DNA of 64,000 bases, taken from positions 122,472 to 186,471 of the forward strand of contig CAYJEY010000002.1 of NCBI GenBank assembly GCA_964369385.1. The letters run 5' to 3'. The position numbers and the translations under genes were made by a program. A model generated the notes under the pieces. That model made no database searches. It was not told the origin of the DNA and worked only from the letters and a program-made list of their open reading frames with translations. Positions 52,986 to 62,829 of this stretch are shown here, in pieces. Source of the DNA: an uncultured Holdemania sp. Lineage in GTDB: Bacteria > Bacillota_I > Bacilli_A > Erysipelotrichales > Erysipelotrichaceae. Position 1 is the stretch's first letter, and every line of letters starts with the position of its first letter.

Positions 52986-54530
52986 ATGGAATATGCAATT
53001 GAAATGTTAGGTATTACAAAAGACTTTCCTGGAATTCGAGCAAATGATAATGTTACACTTCGTGTAAAAAAAGGAAGTGTACACGCTTTACTGGGGGAAA
53101 ATGGTGCTGGTAAATCAACACTAATGTCAATTTTATTTGGCTTATATCAACCTACAAAAGGAAAGATTTTAGTGAATGGAAAAGAAGTAGCAATCACAAG
53201 TCCAAATGTTGCAAATCAGCTAAGTATTGGGATGGTGCATCAACACTTTAAACTAGTAGAATGTTTTAGTGTTACAGAAAATATCATCCTGGGGATTGAA
53301 CCAAAAACATCATATGGAACAATTAACTTGGCAGAAGCAAAAAAACGCGTCAAAGAAATATCAGCGCAATATGGTTTAATGGTGGATGCAGATGCAAAAA
53401 TCGATTCGATTTCTGTAGGTATGCAACAAAGAGTAGAAATACTGAAGATGTTGTATCGTAATGCTGATATATTAATTTTTGATGAGCCTACAGCAGTACT
53501 AACTCCACAAGAAATAGAAGAATTAATGCAAATTATGCGTAATTTAATCAATGAAGGAAAAACGATAATTTTAATTACGCATAAATTAAAAGAGATCAAA
53601 CAAGTAGCAGATGAGTGTACCGTGTTGCGTCGTGGAAAGTACATCGGCACAGTAGATGTGAAAAATACGGAAGTGCGAGAAATGGCAGAAATGATGGTTG
53701 GCCGTGAAGTTAATTTCTCAGTGGAGAAAACAAAGGCAAAACCAGAGCGTGAAGTACTTCGTGTAGTTAACTTAAATACTAAGAACACGCGAGGTGTTAG
53801 AGTAAATAAAGATTTGTGCTTAAGCGTGAAATCAGGAGAAGTATTAGGTATTGCAGGAATTGATGGTAATGGCCAGACAGAGTTAGTCTATGCACTTACT
53901 GGACTTCAACCAGCAATATCAGGCGAAATCTATTTGAATGATCAGTTATTGAGTGGTAAATCAATCAAAGAGCGCTATGATTTAGGGATGGGACACATTC
54001 CAGAAGATCGTCATAAACATGGACTTGTGCTGGATTTTCTGTTAAAAGAGAACTTTATTTTACATGATTATAAGACTGAGCGATTTAGTAAGAATGGATT
54101 CTTAATGAATGATAAGATTGATGAATATGCTAATACACTTATTGATGAATTCGATGTAAGAAGTGGTGAAGGTAGAGAATCATTAACACGAAGTATGTCA
54201 GGTGGAAATCAACAAAAGGCAATTCTTGCAAGAGAAATTGATCACTCACCAGATTTATTAATCGTATGTCAGCCAACTCGTGGATTGGATGTTGGAGCAA
54301 TTGAAGTGATTCACTCAAGGATAATACAAGAGCGTGATGCAGGAAAAGCAGTGCTATTGGTATCTCTTGAACTAGATGAAATATTAGATGTAGCTGATCG
54401 TATCATTGTACTATGTAATGGGGAAATCACAGGGGAAGTTATTGCTAGTGAAACAGATGAAAAAGAACTAGGACTCATGATGTCTGGTCAAAAAAGACAA
54501 GGGGGCAAGTTGAATGCAAAAGAAATATAA
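52986..54530 (+). CDS. ABC transporter ATP-binding protein, two fused ABC domains, copy 2
   Basis: Walker A GENGAGKST, signature LSGG and a duplicated domain. It is paralogous to 47077-48639. Confidence 0.88.
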   Translation: MEYAIEMLGITKDFPGIRANDNVTLRVKKGSVHALLGENGAGKSTLMSILFGLYQPTKGKILVNGKEVAITSPNVANQLSIGMVHQHFKLVECFSVTENIILGIEPKTSYGTINLAEAKKRVKEISAQYGLMVDADAKIDSISVGMQQRVEILKMLYRNADILIFDEPTAVLTPQEIEELMQIMRNLINEGKTIILITHKLKEIKQVADECTVLRRGKYIGTVDVKNTEVREMAEMMVGREVNFSVEKTKAKPEREVLRVVNLNTKNTRGVRVNKDLCLSVKSGEVLGIAGIDGNGQTELVYALTGLQPAISGEIYLNDQLLSGKSIKERYDLGMGHIPEDRHKHGLVLDFLLKENFILHDYKTERFSKNGFLMNDKIDEYANTLIDEFDVRSGEGRESLTRSMSGGNQQKAILAREIDHSPDLLIVCQPTRGLDVGAIEVIHSRIIQERDAGKAVLLVSLELDEILDVADRIIVLCNGEITGEVIASETDEKELGLMMSGQKRQGGKLNAKEI

Positions 54531-55611
54531 CCCGTTTTTAATATCTATCATTGCCGTTGTGCTTGGGGTATCGATTGGATTTCTTGTGGTTTGGTTATCA
54601 GGTCGAGATCCAATGGGAATGGTGACTGCTTTAGTTCGTGCAATGACAGGATATAATTTAAGTAAACCAGGAGATGAAATCAAATTAATTTATGTATTCA
54701 ACTGGATTCTAGACTCGATGCCAATTATCCTTACTGGTTTATCAGTAGCCTTTGCGTTTCGAACAGGTCTGTTCAATATTGGAGCAGAGGGACAATATAT
54801 TATGGGGGCAGCTGCAGCGAGTATGACAGCATTACTTATTGATTTACCACAAGTTCTTCATGCAATTGTATGTATTATAGCTGCGGCAATTGCGGGTGCG
54901 CTTTGGGGATTTGTGCCCGGCTTTCTCAAGGCTCGGAAAAAAATTAATGAAGTCGTGATATGCATTATGATGAATTATATAGCGATTGAGTGTTCAAATC
55001 TACTGGTAAAAAATTTATTGCCTGTTGATGAAAATACTAGAGCTCGTACAATTTCATTCCCAGAAAGTGCTGAGCTTGGTAAACTAACAGATACAACTTC
55101 ACAGTTAAACTGGGGAATAATAGCAGTAATTCTTTGTGTTATATTATTTTATATTATTATCGAAAAAACTACATTTGGTTACAGTTTACGCGCAACAGGA
55201 TTTAATAAGGAAGCAAGTCGTTTTGCGGGTATGAAAGTAGAGAGAAACGTAGTATTATCAATGATGATTTCTGGGGCTTTCGCAGGTATTGCAGGTGCGA
55301 TCGTCATTCTTGGTCAGTTTCATCATGGAAGATATTTTACTGGGTTTGATAACCATGGATTTACAGGAATATCAGTTGCTTTAATCGGAGCTGCAAATGC
55401 GTTAGGCGTTGCTCTTGCTGGGCTACTTTTTGGATTACTTCAATCCAGTGGAAACAACCTTCAATTGTTTGATATTCCGAAAGAAATTTCTGAGCTAATT
55501 CAAGCATCTATTATCTTTATTATTGCAATCCAATATGGAATTGTAATGGTATTAAATAAAATTCGGAAAAAGGAAAAACCTAAGATAGAAGTGAAGGAGG
55601 AATCAGCATGA
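54514..55611 (+). CDS. ABC transporter permease, copy 2a
   Basis: A polytopic permease paralogous to 48626-49726. Confidence 0.8.
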   Translation: MQKKYNPFLISIIAVVLGVSIGFLVVWLSGRDPMGMVTALVRAMTGYNLSKPGDEIKLIYVFNWILDSMPIILTGLSVAFAFRTGLFNIGAEGQYIMGAAAASMTALLIDLPQVLHAIVCIIAAAIAGALWGFVPGFLKARKKINEVVICIMMNYIAIECSNLLVKNLLPVDENTRARTISFPESAELGKLTDTTSQLNWGIIAVILCVILFYIIIEKTTFGYSLRATGFNKEASRFAGMKVERNVVLSMMISGAFAGIAGAIVILGQFHHGRYFTGFDNHGFTGISVALIGAANALGVALAGLLFGLLQSSGNNLQLFDIPKEISELIQASIIFIIAIQYGIVMVLNKIRKKEKPKIEVKEESA

Positions 55612-56555
55612 CGTTACTTTTAGATATGATATCAATTACATTTGTGCTTGGAACTCCGCTTATCTTAGCTGGGCTTGGTGGATTGTTTAGCGAACGTTGT
55701 GGAGTTGTCAATATTGCACTAGAGGGTGGAATGATGATAGGTGGATTTGCTGGTGCAAGTGCTGTTGTGATACTTGAACAAGCTGGCTCGCCAAATCCTT
55801 GGCTTGCACTTTTTATCGCAACGTTAGCAGGAATTGCCTTCGCTTCACTTCATGCTTTCGCCTCAATTCATATGAAAGCTGACCAAACTATCTCAGGAAC
55901 TGCGCTAAATGTATTAGCAGGTGGCCTTACGATTTACTTAAGTGAAATTATGTTTGGCGCAAAATCAACAATGGCTTATAGTAATGCTTCTACGTTTGGG
56001 AAAGAAACAATTCCGTTTTTGAGTGATATTCCAGTTATTGGAGTCATCTTTACAACATATCAAACGATTTACCTTACATTTATCCTTGTGATTATTGCTT
56101 GGTTTATTCTCTATAAAACACCATTTGGATTACAATTTAGATCTTGTGGAGAATTTCCACAGGCAAGTGCTTCAATGGGGATTAGTGTTACAAAAATGAG
56201 ATGGATTGGGGTACTTACATCTGGGGCATTATCTGCTATTGCAGGGGCTGCACTTGTATTAACGACATCGCCTTACTACTTTGTTGGATCAATACACGGT
56301 TTAGGATTCGTAGCTATTGCAACGCTTATCTTTGGAAGATGGCACCCATTTGGCTTGTTAGGGGCTGGTCTATTCTTTGGATTTGCACAAACTTTAGCAC
56401 GTTATTCAACATCTATTCCAGGATTATCTTCGTTACCATCAGAAGTGTTTAATATGGTTCCTTATTTAGCAACTATACTTGCCCTTGTTATATTTAGTGG
56501 GAAAGCAAGTGGACCAAAAGCAGCGGGTGAAATATATGATGCAGGAAAACGTTAG
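55608..56555 (+). CDS. ABC transporter permease, copy 2b
   Basis: A polytopic permease paralogous to 49719-50636. Confidence 0.8.
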   Translation: MTLLLDMISITFVLGTPLILAGLGGLFSERCGVVNIALEGGMMIGGFAGASAVVILEQAGSPNPWLALFIATLAGIAFASLHAFASIHMKADQTISGTALNVLAGGLTIYLSEIMFGAKSTMAYSNASTFGKETIPFLSDIPVIGVIFTTYQTIYLTFILVIIAWFILYKTPFGLQFRSCGEFPQASASMGISVTKMRWIGVLTSGALSAIAGAALVLTTSPYYFVGSIHGLGFVAIATLIFGRWHPFGLLGAGLFFGFAQTLARYSTSIPGLSSLPSEVFNMVPYLATILALVIFSGKASGPKAAGEIYDAGKR

Positions 56556-56758
56556 AATACTCTTTATGAGTATTCTTTTTTAGTAAAAGTTACGAAAATA
56601 AATTATAAAAATTACTAAAATATATTTATCAAAAACATGAATAAAATCATTTTCAATTTCTCAATTTCAATCCAAATAGAATTTTGAGGTGCAATAATCT
56701 TGAAAATATAAAAAAGCTTAGCTAAAATTATTTAAACAATTTATGGAGGTAGATTTAT

Positions 56759-59700
56759 ATGAAACGACTACATAAGGGAGTAAGTATTTTAGTAACGTTA
56801 GGTCTAATCATATTTAATAGTTATAACTCAACAATTATAAAATCAGAAGAAGTTAGTGATACATTGATTATTATGGGTGAAAAGATAACAGGATCACCAG
56901 GGGAGACAACGGATCTCTATAATGATGGTACAGTTCTTTATAATGTTGATAGTAATACCCTTACTTTAAACAATGCGAATTTGAATTATAATGGAGTAGA
57001 TGCGGCAATTATCATGCCGAAAACAGGGACAATTAGTTTTAGTGGAGATAACACAATCACCAATAGTCTAGGCTCTGCGATTAAAGGACCGATATCTATT
57101 GAAGGGGAAACAAGAAATATTGTGTTTACTGGAACAGGAACATTAAATGCAAACGGAGGAAATGCTAATGCATCCCATGGTATTGAATCTGCAATCATTG
57201 TACAGAGTGGCTTTTTGAAAGCGAGTGCTCAAGCAACTAATGGTCATGGAGTGTTTGGAGCGGTAGTAGGGAATGGTGGAAAAGTTCAAACCTACGCTAC
57301 TGGTATTGGAGGCCATGGAGTAAGTGGATCAGTTGAAGGAAATGGTTCAGATTTTTATGCTAGTTCGATACAAGGGACTGGAATAAATGGTGCCGTTACT
57401 AATAAATGTGGAGTGATTAGTGCTGAGGGGACACCAGCCACATCAGGAACACTATCATTTTTTTCAAAAGAAATAGGTGGTACACCTTTTGATGCAACTA
57501 TCTTTTATGAAGATGAAACAGGTAGTAGAATTGAATATACAGGAGAAGATAGTCATTTTTACCACAATCTAGGTCTTTTTTCACCACCCTTTATCGAGAT
57601 TACTTTTCCTGAATGTAAGGTTGTGAATCCCTATCCACCGATAGCTCCGGATCCAGAAAAAGTAGCTTCAATGGAAGTAGAAAAAACAGTATCAACAATG
57701 GTTGCGGTTGAGGGTGATCAAGTGACCTATTCAGTGAATGTGAAAAATACTGGAAGCGTTGTGTTGAATGATGTCAATGTGAATGATAATGCTTTTAATA
57801 TAATAAAAAAAGAAGAGATTATCGTTAAAGTTGGAGAAACGGTATTAGAAACGGGAAGTTATTTGTGGAATGGAGATACCCTTGTATTAAATGCGATAAA
57901 TGTGAATGAGACAATTACGATAGTCTATAGAGTAATATACGAAGAATCAGGAACCTTTACGAATGTTGCAACGGCAACAGCATCTGACCCTACAGGGAAA
58001 CAAGATTCAATTGACGCAACAGATACAACTACAAAAGATGTTGAAGCATTAAACGCTCAACTTGAGGTAGTTAAGGAAGCTTCCAAAACCGATGCTTTTG
58101 CTCAAGATGTTGTCACGTATACGGTGAGCGTTAAAAATACAGGAAATGTTGTGCTTAGCAATGTGGTCGTAACTGATACAGTATTTCAAGATATAAACAA
58201 AGAATTAGTGGTATTAAAAGTAGATGATATTGTTTTAGATAGTAGTCGATATATGTGGAAAGATAATGAAATCATAATCAGTTTTATAGAAGCAAACCAG
58301 ATCATTACAATCATCTATGATGTAAAATACAATAGTGCAGGCACATATACGAACAAAGTTGTGGTAGAAGCACCGAATCCTTCAGATCCAGAAACAACGC
58401 TAATGGATGAGGCAGAAGTTGATAAAGAGATTCATCCAGAGCCGTCATTAAATATCACAAAAGAAGTATCCACTGAAAATGCATTTGTCGATGGGGTTGT
58501 CACGTATACAATAAAAATATCAAATACTAGTAGTGTGGCACTTAAGAATGCAGTAATCACTGACACTGTGTTTTCAACATTAGATAAATCAGATATTTCA
58601 CTACAAATTGGGGAGACACCATTAGATGTAGATCGTTATTTTTGGAATGCCGATAAACTGACAATCAAATCAATTGATGCAAATGAAATTCTCACGATGA
58701 TTTATCAAGTGAAATATGATGCTTCAGGAAGTCAAAAAAATACGATTATCATTGAAGCGCCTAACCCATCTGACCCGGATACACCACTAAAAGATGAAGC
58801 AGAAGTAGATAAGGTTGTTCATCCACAACCTGCTCTAGAGGTCACAAAAGTCGCATCATCTGAGGAAGCGGATATAAAAGATTTTGTCACATATACAGTC
58901 AAAGTTAAAAATGCAAGTTCTGTGCCACTTACAGATGTATCAATAAAAGATAATGTGTTTGGATTGATTGATGAAAAGAAAGTTACTCTACAAGTGGGTA
59001 GTATTACCTTAGCAAGTGATCGATATTCATGGCAAGGAAGTACATTGGTAATCAAACAAATGGCGGCAAACGAGGTCATTACAATTGTTTATCAAGTGCA
59101 ATACGAAACACCAGGAACTTATAAAAATACTGTAATAGTTGAAGCTCCCAATCCAGCAGATCCAGACACACCTCTAAAAGATACTGAATCCATTAATAAA
59201 GTTGTGAATCCAGAGGATGTGAGTGTGAATATTACAAAAGTCGCAAATGTAACAAGTGCTATTGTGGGAACACCGATTACATATACAATTACAGTGATGA
59301 ATGATGGATCTCAAAACTTAAACAATATAAAAATCAATGACAGTGTTTTTAAACTCATAGCACACGATAAAGTAACATTGAGTATTGGAAATACGCAACT
59401 TGTCGAAGATAAAGATTATAGTTGGAATACAAATGTGTTAAATATAAATGCATTGGTATCAGGACAAACTGTGGAGATAAAATATATTTATACTCACGAA
59501 AAAGTTGAGCTATTAAAAAACATAGCAATAGTAGAGTTTCCAAATCCACTTAATCCTGATGAAAATGTAACCGAACAAACTGAAGAAGAAGTAAGTGTTG
59601 TACCAAAACCTCCAATAGTAACATCACCAGCGACAACAGTAGCTCCAAATCCTGAGACTACTTCTATCTTATTAACTACAACGACTCGTACAACTATTAT

Positions 59701-60406
59701 CTCGACTACAACATCAAGTACTTCCGAAGAAGATACAACTAGCAGTGCTATCACTTCTTCATCAAGTTTCAGTAGTGAAAGTACTGAAAATACGACAAAA
59801 GTTAGTAAGCCGTCAGTTGAACTTGAAACAGGAAAACCTGGAGTCTTGCCAGACCGTGTGATTGTTGGAGAGAATCCATTAGATGAAGATGACTTTGAAA
59901 TTGAAGATGGAAAACTAATTATTAAACCAGAAGTATTTGAAAATTTAGAAGATGGTCGTTATGAAATTACGATAGAGTATGGTGATGAAGTTATTACCGA
60001 GGAAATATTTGTAGAAAATGGAACACCACTTATAGGGGATAATCGCCCAACGTGGAGTTTATTTGACTTAGTAATGACTATAATAGTATTTGGATTTATG
60101 ATTCTTTATTTCATACAAAAAAATGAGAAAGAGGAAATTAAAGAAGGAAGTGAAGAAATACATTATGAAGAGAATGAAGGAAAAGAGCGAAGTAAAAAAC
60201 GCTTATGGGCATATCGTATTGCAGGTATTCTACTAGCTATACTCACTTTGATTTTCTTGATACTAACTCAAGATTTCAGTTTACCAATGGCAATATTTGA
60301 TCAATATAGTGTGTATTTTGCCCTTATTGCCCTCTTTGATTTATTCATGTTCATTGCATGCTGGAATCGTAAAGAAGATGAGGAAGATCAAATGCAACAT
60401 CAATAA
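56759..60406 (+). CDS. large repeat-containing cell-surface protein (Gly-rich N-domain, five approximately 128-aa DUF11-like repeats, S/T stalk, C-terminal TM anchors)
   Basis: A signal peptide; about 21-aa Gly-rich repeats (GHGVxGxVxGNG); five repeats of the form VTYTVxVKNTG...V(x)DT...(S/D)RYxW...YxNxVxVEAPNPxDPDTPLKDEAEV; a Ser/Thr-rich linker; and two C-terminal TM helices. No LPXTG motif is present. Confidence 0.7.
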   Translation: MKRLHKGVSILVTLGLIIFNSYNSTIIKSEEVSDTLIIMGEKITGSPGETTDLYNDGTVLYNVDSNTLTLNNANLNYNGVDAAIIMPKTGTISFSGDNTITNSLGSAIKGPISIEGETRNIVFTGTGTLNANGGNANASHGIESAIIVQSGFLKASAQATNGHGVFGAVVGNGGKVQTYATGIGGHGVSGSVEGNGSDFYASSIQGTGINGAVTNKCGVISAEGTPATSGTLSFFSKEIGGTPFDATIFYEDETGSRIEYTGEDSHFYHNLGLFSPPFIEITFPECKVVNPYPPIAPDPEKVASMEVEKTVSTMVAVEGDQVTYSVNVKNTGSVVLNDVNVNDNAFNIIKKEEIIVKVGETVLETGSYLWNGDTLVLNAINVNETITIVYRVIYEESGTFTNVATATASDPTGKQDSIDATDTTTKDVEALNAQLEVVKEASKTDAFAQDVVTYTVSVKNTGNVVLSNVVVTDTVFQDINKELVVLKVDDIVLDSSRYMWKDNEIIISFIEANQIITIIYDVKYNSAGTYTNKVVVEAPNPSDPETTLMDEAEVDKEIHPEPSLNITKEVSTENAFVDGVVTYTIKISNTSSVALKNAVITDTVFSTLDKSDISLQIGETPLDVDRYFWNADKLTIKSIDANEILTMIYQVKYDASGSQKNTIIIEAPNPSDPDTPLKDEAEVDKVVHPQPALEVTKVASSEEADIKDFVTYTVKVKNASSVPLTDVSIKDNVFGLIDEKKVTLQVGSITLASDRYSWQGSTLVIKQMAANEVITIVYQVQYETPGTYKNTVIVEAPNPADPDTPLKDTESINKVVNPEDVSVNITKVANVTSAIVGTPITYTITVMNDGSQNLNNIKINDSVFKLIAHDKVTLSIGNTQLVEDKDYSWNTNVLNINALVSGQTVEIKYIYTHEKVELLKNIAIVEFPNPLNPDENVTEQTEEEVSVVPKPPIVTSPATTVAPNPETTSILLTTTTRTTIISTTTSSTSEEDTTSSAITSSSSFSSESTENTTKVSKPSVELETGKPGVLPDRVIVGENPLDEDDFEIEDGKLIIKPEVFENLEDGRYEITIEYGDEVITEEIFVENGTPLIGDNRPTWSLFDLVMTIIVFGFMILYFIQKNEKEEIKEGSEEIHYEENEGKERSKKRLWAYRIAGILLAILTLIFLILTQDFSLPMAIFDQYSVYFALIALFDLFMFIACWNRKEDEEDQMQHQ

Positions 60407-60410
60407 GAAG

Positions 60411-60437
60411 AGATACGCGAAAGCGTATCTTTATTTT
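60411..60437 (+). terminator. intrinsic terminator after the surface-protein gene
   Basis: AGATACGCGAAAGCGTATCTTTATTTT. Confidence 0.6.
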
Positions 60438-60640
60438 GAGGTTCATAAAAATTATTTTAATAGTAAAGAGTGAAGGAAATATTATCATAAACAAGGCATA
60501 TGAGTTGATTTAAGATTAAAGTTAGATTAAATTAACATTATAAACACAGTATCTAATGTTAATATACAAATCATAATTTGAATGATAATAATTGTTAAGT
60601 TGACATGGGATACAGGTGGACAATGAAGGAGGACTAGTTA

Positions 60641-61204
60641 ATGTCTATGATTGGTAAATCAGTTTCAGAGTTTTCGGTAGATGCGTTTCATGAAAATACA
60701 TTTACAAAAGTGACAAAGGAAAATGTATTAGGAAAGTGGGGAGTATTTTTCTTTTATCCTGCAGATTTTACATTTGTATGCCCGACTGAATTAGATGATT
60801 TAGCATGTTTGTATGAGAGTTTTAAGGAAATCAACTGTGAAGTTTATTCAATTTCTTGTGATACTCATTACGTTCATAAAGCGTGGCATGATGCTTCAGA
60901 TACAATAAAGAAAATAAAATTCCCTATGTTAGCAGATCCAACAGGGGCATTAGCAAGAGAGTTTGATGTAATGATTGAAAATGCTGGAGTTAGTGAGCGA
61001 GGGACATTTATCATTAATCCAGAAGGAAAAATTGTATCCTATGAGGTTGTTGCAGGTAATGTAGGAAGAAATGCAGAAGAATTACATAGAAGAGTTCAAG
61101 CACTTCAGTTTGTTGCTATGCATGGAGACGAAGTTTGCCCAGCAAAATGGCGACCAGGGGCAAAGACGTTAAAACCAGGACTTGACTTAGTTGGAAATTT
61201 ATAA
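60641..61204 (+). CDS. ahpC: peroxiredoxin AhpC (typical 2-Cys)
   Basis: The FVCPTE peroxidatic Cys motif and a resolving Cys in VCPA near the C-terminus. Confidence 0.9.
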   Translation: MSMIGKSVSEFSVDAFHENTFTKVTKENVLGKWGVFFFYPADFTFVCPTELDDLACLYESFKEINCEVYSISCDTHYVHKAWHDASDTIKKIKFPMLADPTGALAREFDVMIENAGVSERGTFIINPEGKIVSYEVVAGNVGRNAEELHRRVQALQFVAMHGDEVCPAKWRPGAKTLKPGLDLVGNL

Positions 61205-61217
61205 AAAAGGAGAAAAT

Positions 61218-61658
61218 ATGGAAAAAACAATAATAAACAGTTTGAATAAGTATCTTGCAGATGTAGGAGTACTATACATGAAAATACACAATTTACATTG
61301 GAATGTTGTAGGTGAGAGTTTTAAAACGATTCATGAGTATCTTCAAACAATTTACGAAGATTTTGCGCTTGTCTTAGACGATACAGCAGAAGTTATTAAG
61401 ATAGAGGGTGGAAAACCATTAGCTTCACTCAAGAGTTTCTTAGATGTAAGTGAGATTAAAGAGCTAGAGTCAAAAGATTTGGGAGTGAGTGCAGTTTTAG
61501 AAATCGCAATTCAAGATATGAAATATATAAAAAATGAAGCTGAAAAACTTAGAAGTGAAGCAAGTCGCGATGATATTTATCAAGCGGTGACTATGTTAGA
61601 AGATCAACTTCGTAATTACAACAAAACGATTTGGTTCTTAGAATCAATGACAAAATAA
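61218..61658 (+). CDS. dps: Dps family DNA-binding ferritin-like protein
   Basis: Dps signature (KIHNLHWNVVGESFKTIHEYLQTIYEDF). The start ATG at 61218 follows a GGAGAAAA RBS. Confidence 0.85.
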   Translation: MEKTIINSLNKYLADVGVLYMKIHNLHWNVVGESFKTIHEYLQTIYEDFALVLDDTAEVIKIEGGKPLASLKSFLDVSEIKELESKDLGVSAVLEIAIQDMKYIKNEAEKLRSEASRDDIYQAVTMLEDQLRNYNKTIWFLESMTK

Positions 61659-61817
61659 AAATTTAGTTGCATCTAGTAAAAATAAAGACGGTGGATAATA
61701 TGATATCTATCGTTTTTTTTTATAATAGTATTTAATTATAGGAAAAACATATATAATTGGATATAATAAAATTAATGTATAAAAAATGATTAAATTGCAA
61801 GATAAGGAGGCTACGAC

Positions 61818-62765
61818 ATGTTATCGTTAATGAAATTAAGTGAACAAAATTATCCTCAGATAAGAAAAATGCTAGAGGAATGGTTCAAGGTAGAAAGTGA
61901 TATTACTCCAGCGGCAATTGCTAAAGGGGATTATCGCCATTATGATTCATACAAAGATGAAATTGAATCATTGGAACATCGTAATGGACTTGTACCAGAT
62001 GTGACTTACTTTTGCTATGATGATGAACTGCAAGAGTTTATAGGTGCGGTAAATATTCGCTTAACGCTAAGTAATTATCTTTACAATTATGGTGGTCATG
62101 TAGGAGATGGATTAGCTCCTAAACATCGTGGGAAAGGTTTAGGCTATGAATTGGTACGTTTAGCTATTGAGAAATGCAAGGAGCATGGAATTAAACGCCC
62201 TTTATTTGTATGCGATAAAAAGAATGTTGCCTCAGCTAAAACAATTGAACGTAATGGTGGAATATTTGAAAATGAAATAGAACTAGATGGAAAAGTCATG
62301 CAACGTTATTGGGTTGGAAGAGAAGATAGAAATCATTTTGTCGCAGTTTCTGGATTTGTAACAAATGAAAAAGGACAAGTGCTACTAGTAGAAACACCTA
62401 TGCGAGGATGGGAGTTTCCTGGTGGCTGTGTTGATTCCCACGAATGTTTAGAAGAAGCAGTTATTAGAGAAATATTTGAAGAAAGCAATGCTCAAACATG
62501 TGTCAAGCGTTTATTAAGTGTAACTAAAAATCTACAATCAGATACGGTGACACTTGATTATCATTGTGAATATATAACTGGTGAATTAAAGCCAAGCATT
62601 GAAACGATTTCTGCAGTATGGGTTGATATTGAACAAGCGATGGAAATGATTAGTGAGCCTTCCTATTTAAAACGTTTTAAATTAATGGTTTCAAATCATG
62701 ATGTAGTAAAGTACTTAGCATTCAATAAGATACCATTTAAAAGTATCAAGGAACGAGAATATTAA
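61818..62765 (+). CDS. GNAT acetyltransferase fused to a NUDIX hydrolase domain
   Basis: The N-terminal half has a GNAT core (HRGKGLGYELVRLAIEKCKEHG). The C-terminal half has a Nudix box (GGCVDSHECLEEAVIREIFEESN). Confidence 0.65.
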   Translation: MLSLMKLSEQNYPQIRKMLEEWFKVESDITPAAIAKGDYRHYDSYKDEIESLEHRNGLVPDVTYFCYDDELQEFIGAVNIRLTLSNYLYNYGGHVGDGLAPKHRGKGLGYELVRLAIEKCKEHGIKRPLFVCDKKNVASAKTIERNGGIFENEIELDGKVMQRYWVGREDRNHFVAVSGFVTNEKGQVLLVETPMRGWEFPGGCVDSHECLEEAVIREIFEESNAQTCVKRLLSVTKNLQSDTVTLDYHCEYITGELKPSIETISAVWVDIEQAMEMISEPSYLKRFKLMVSNHDVVKYLAFNKIPFKSIKEREY

Positions 62766-62829
62766 AAAAATCTGCTGAATTTCAGCAGATTTATCATTTT
62801 ATAGGTGTTTGTTTGCAGTCATTATGATA

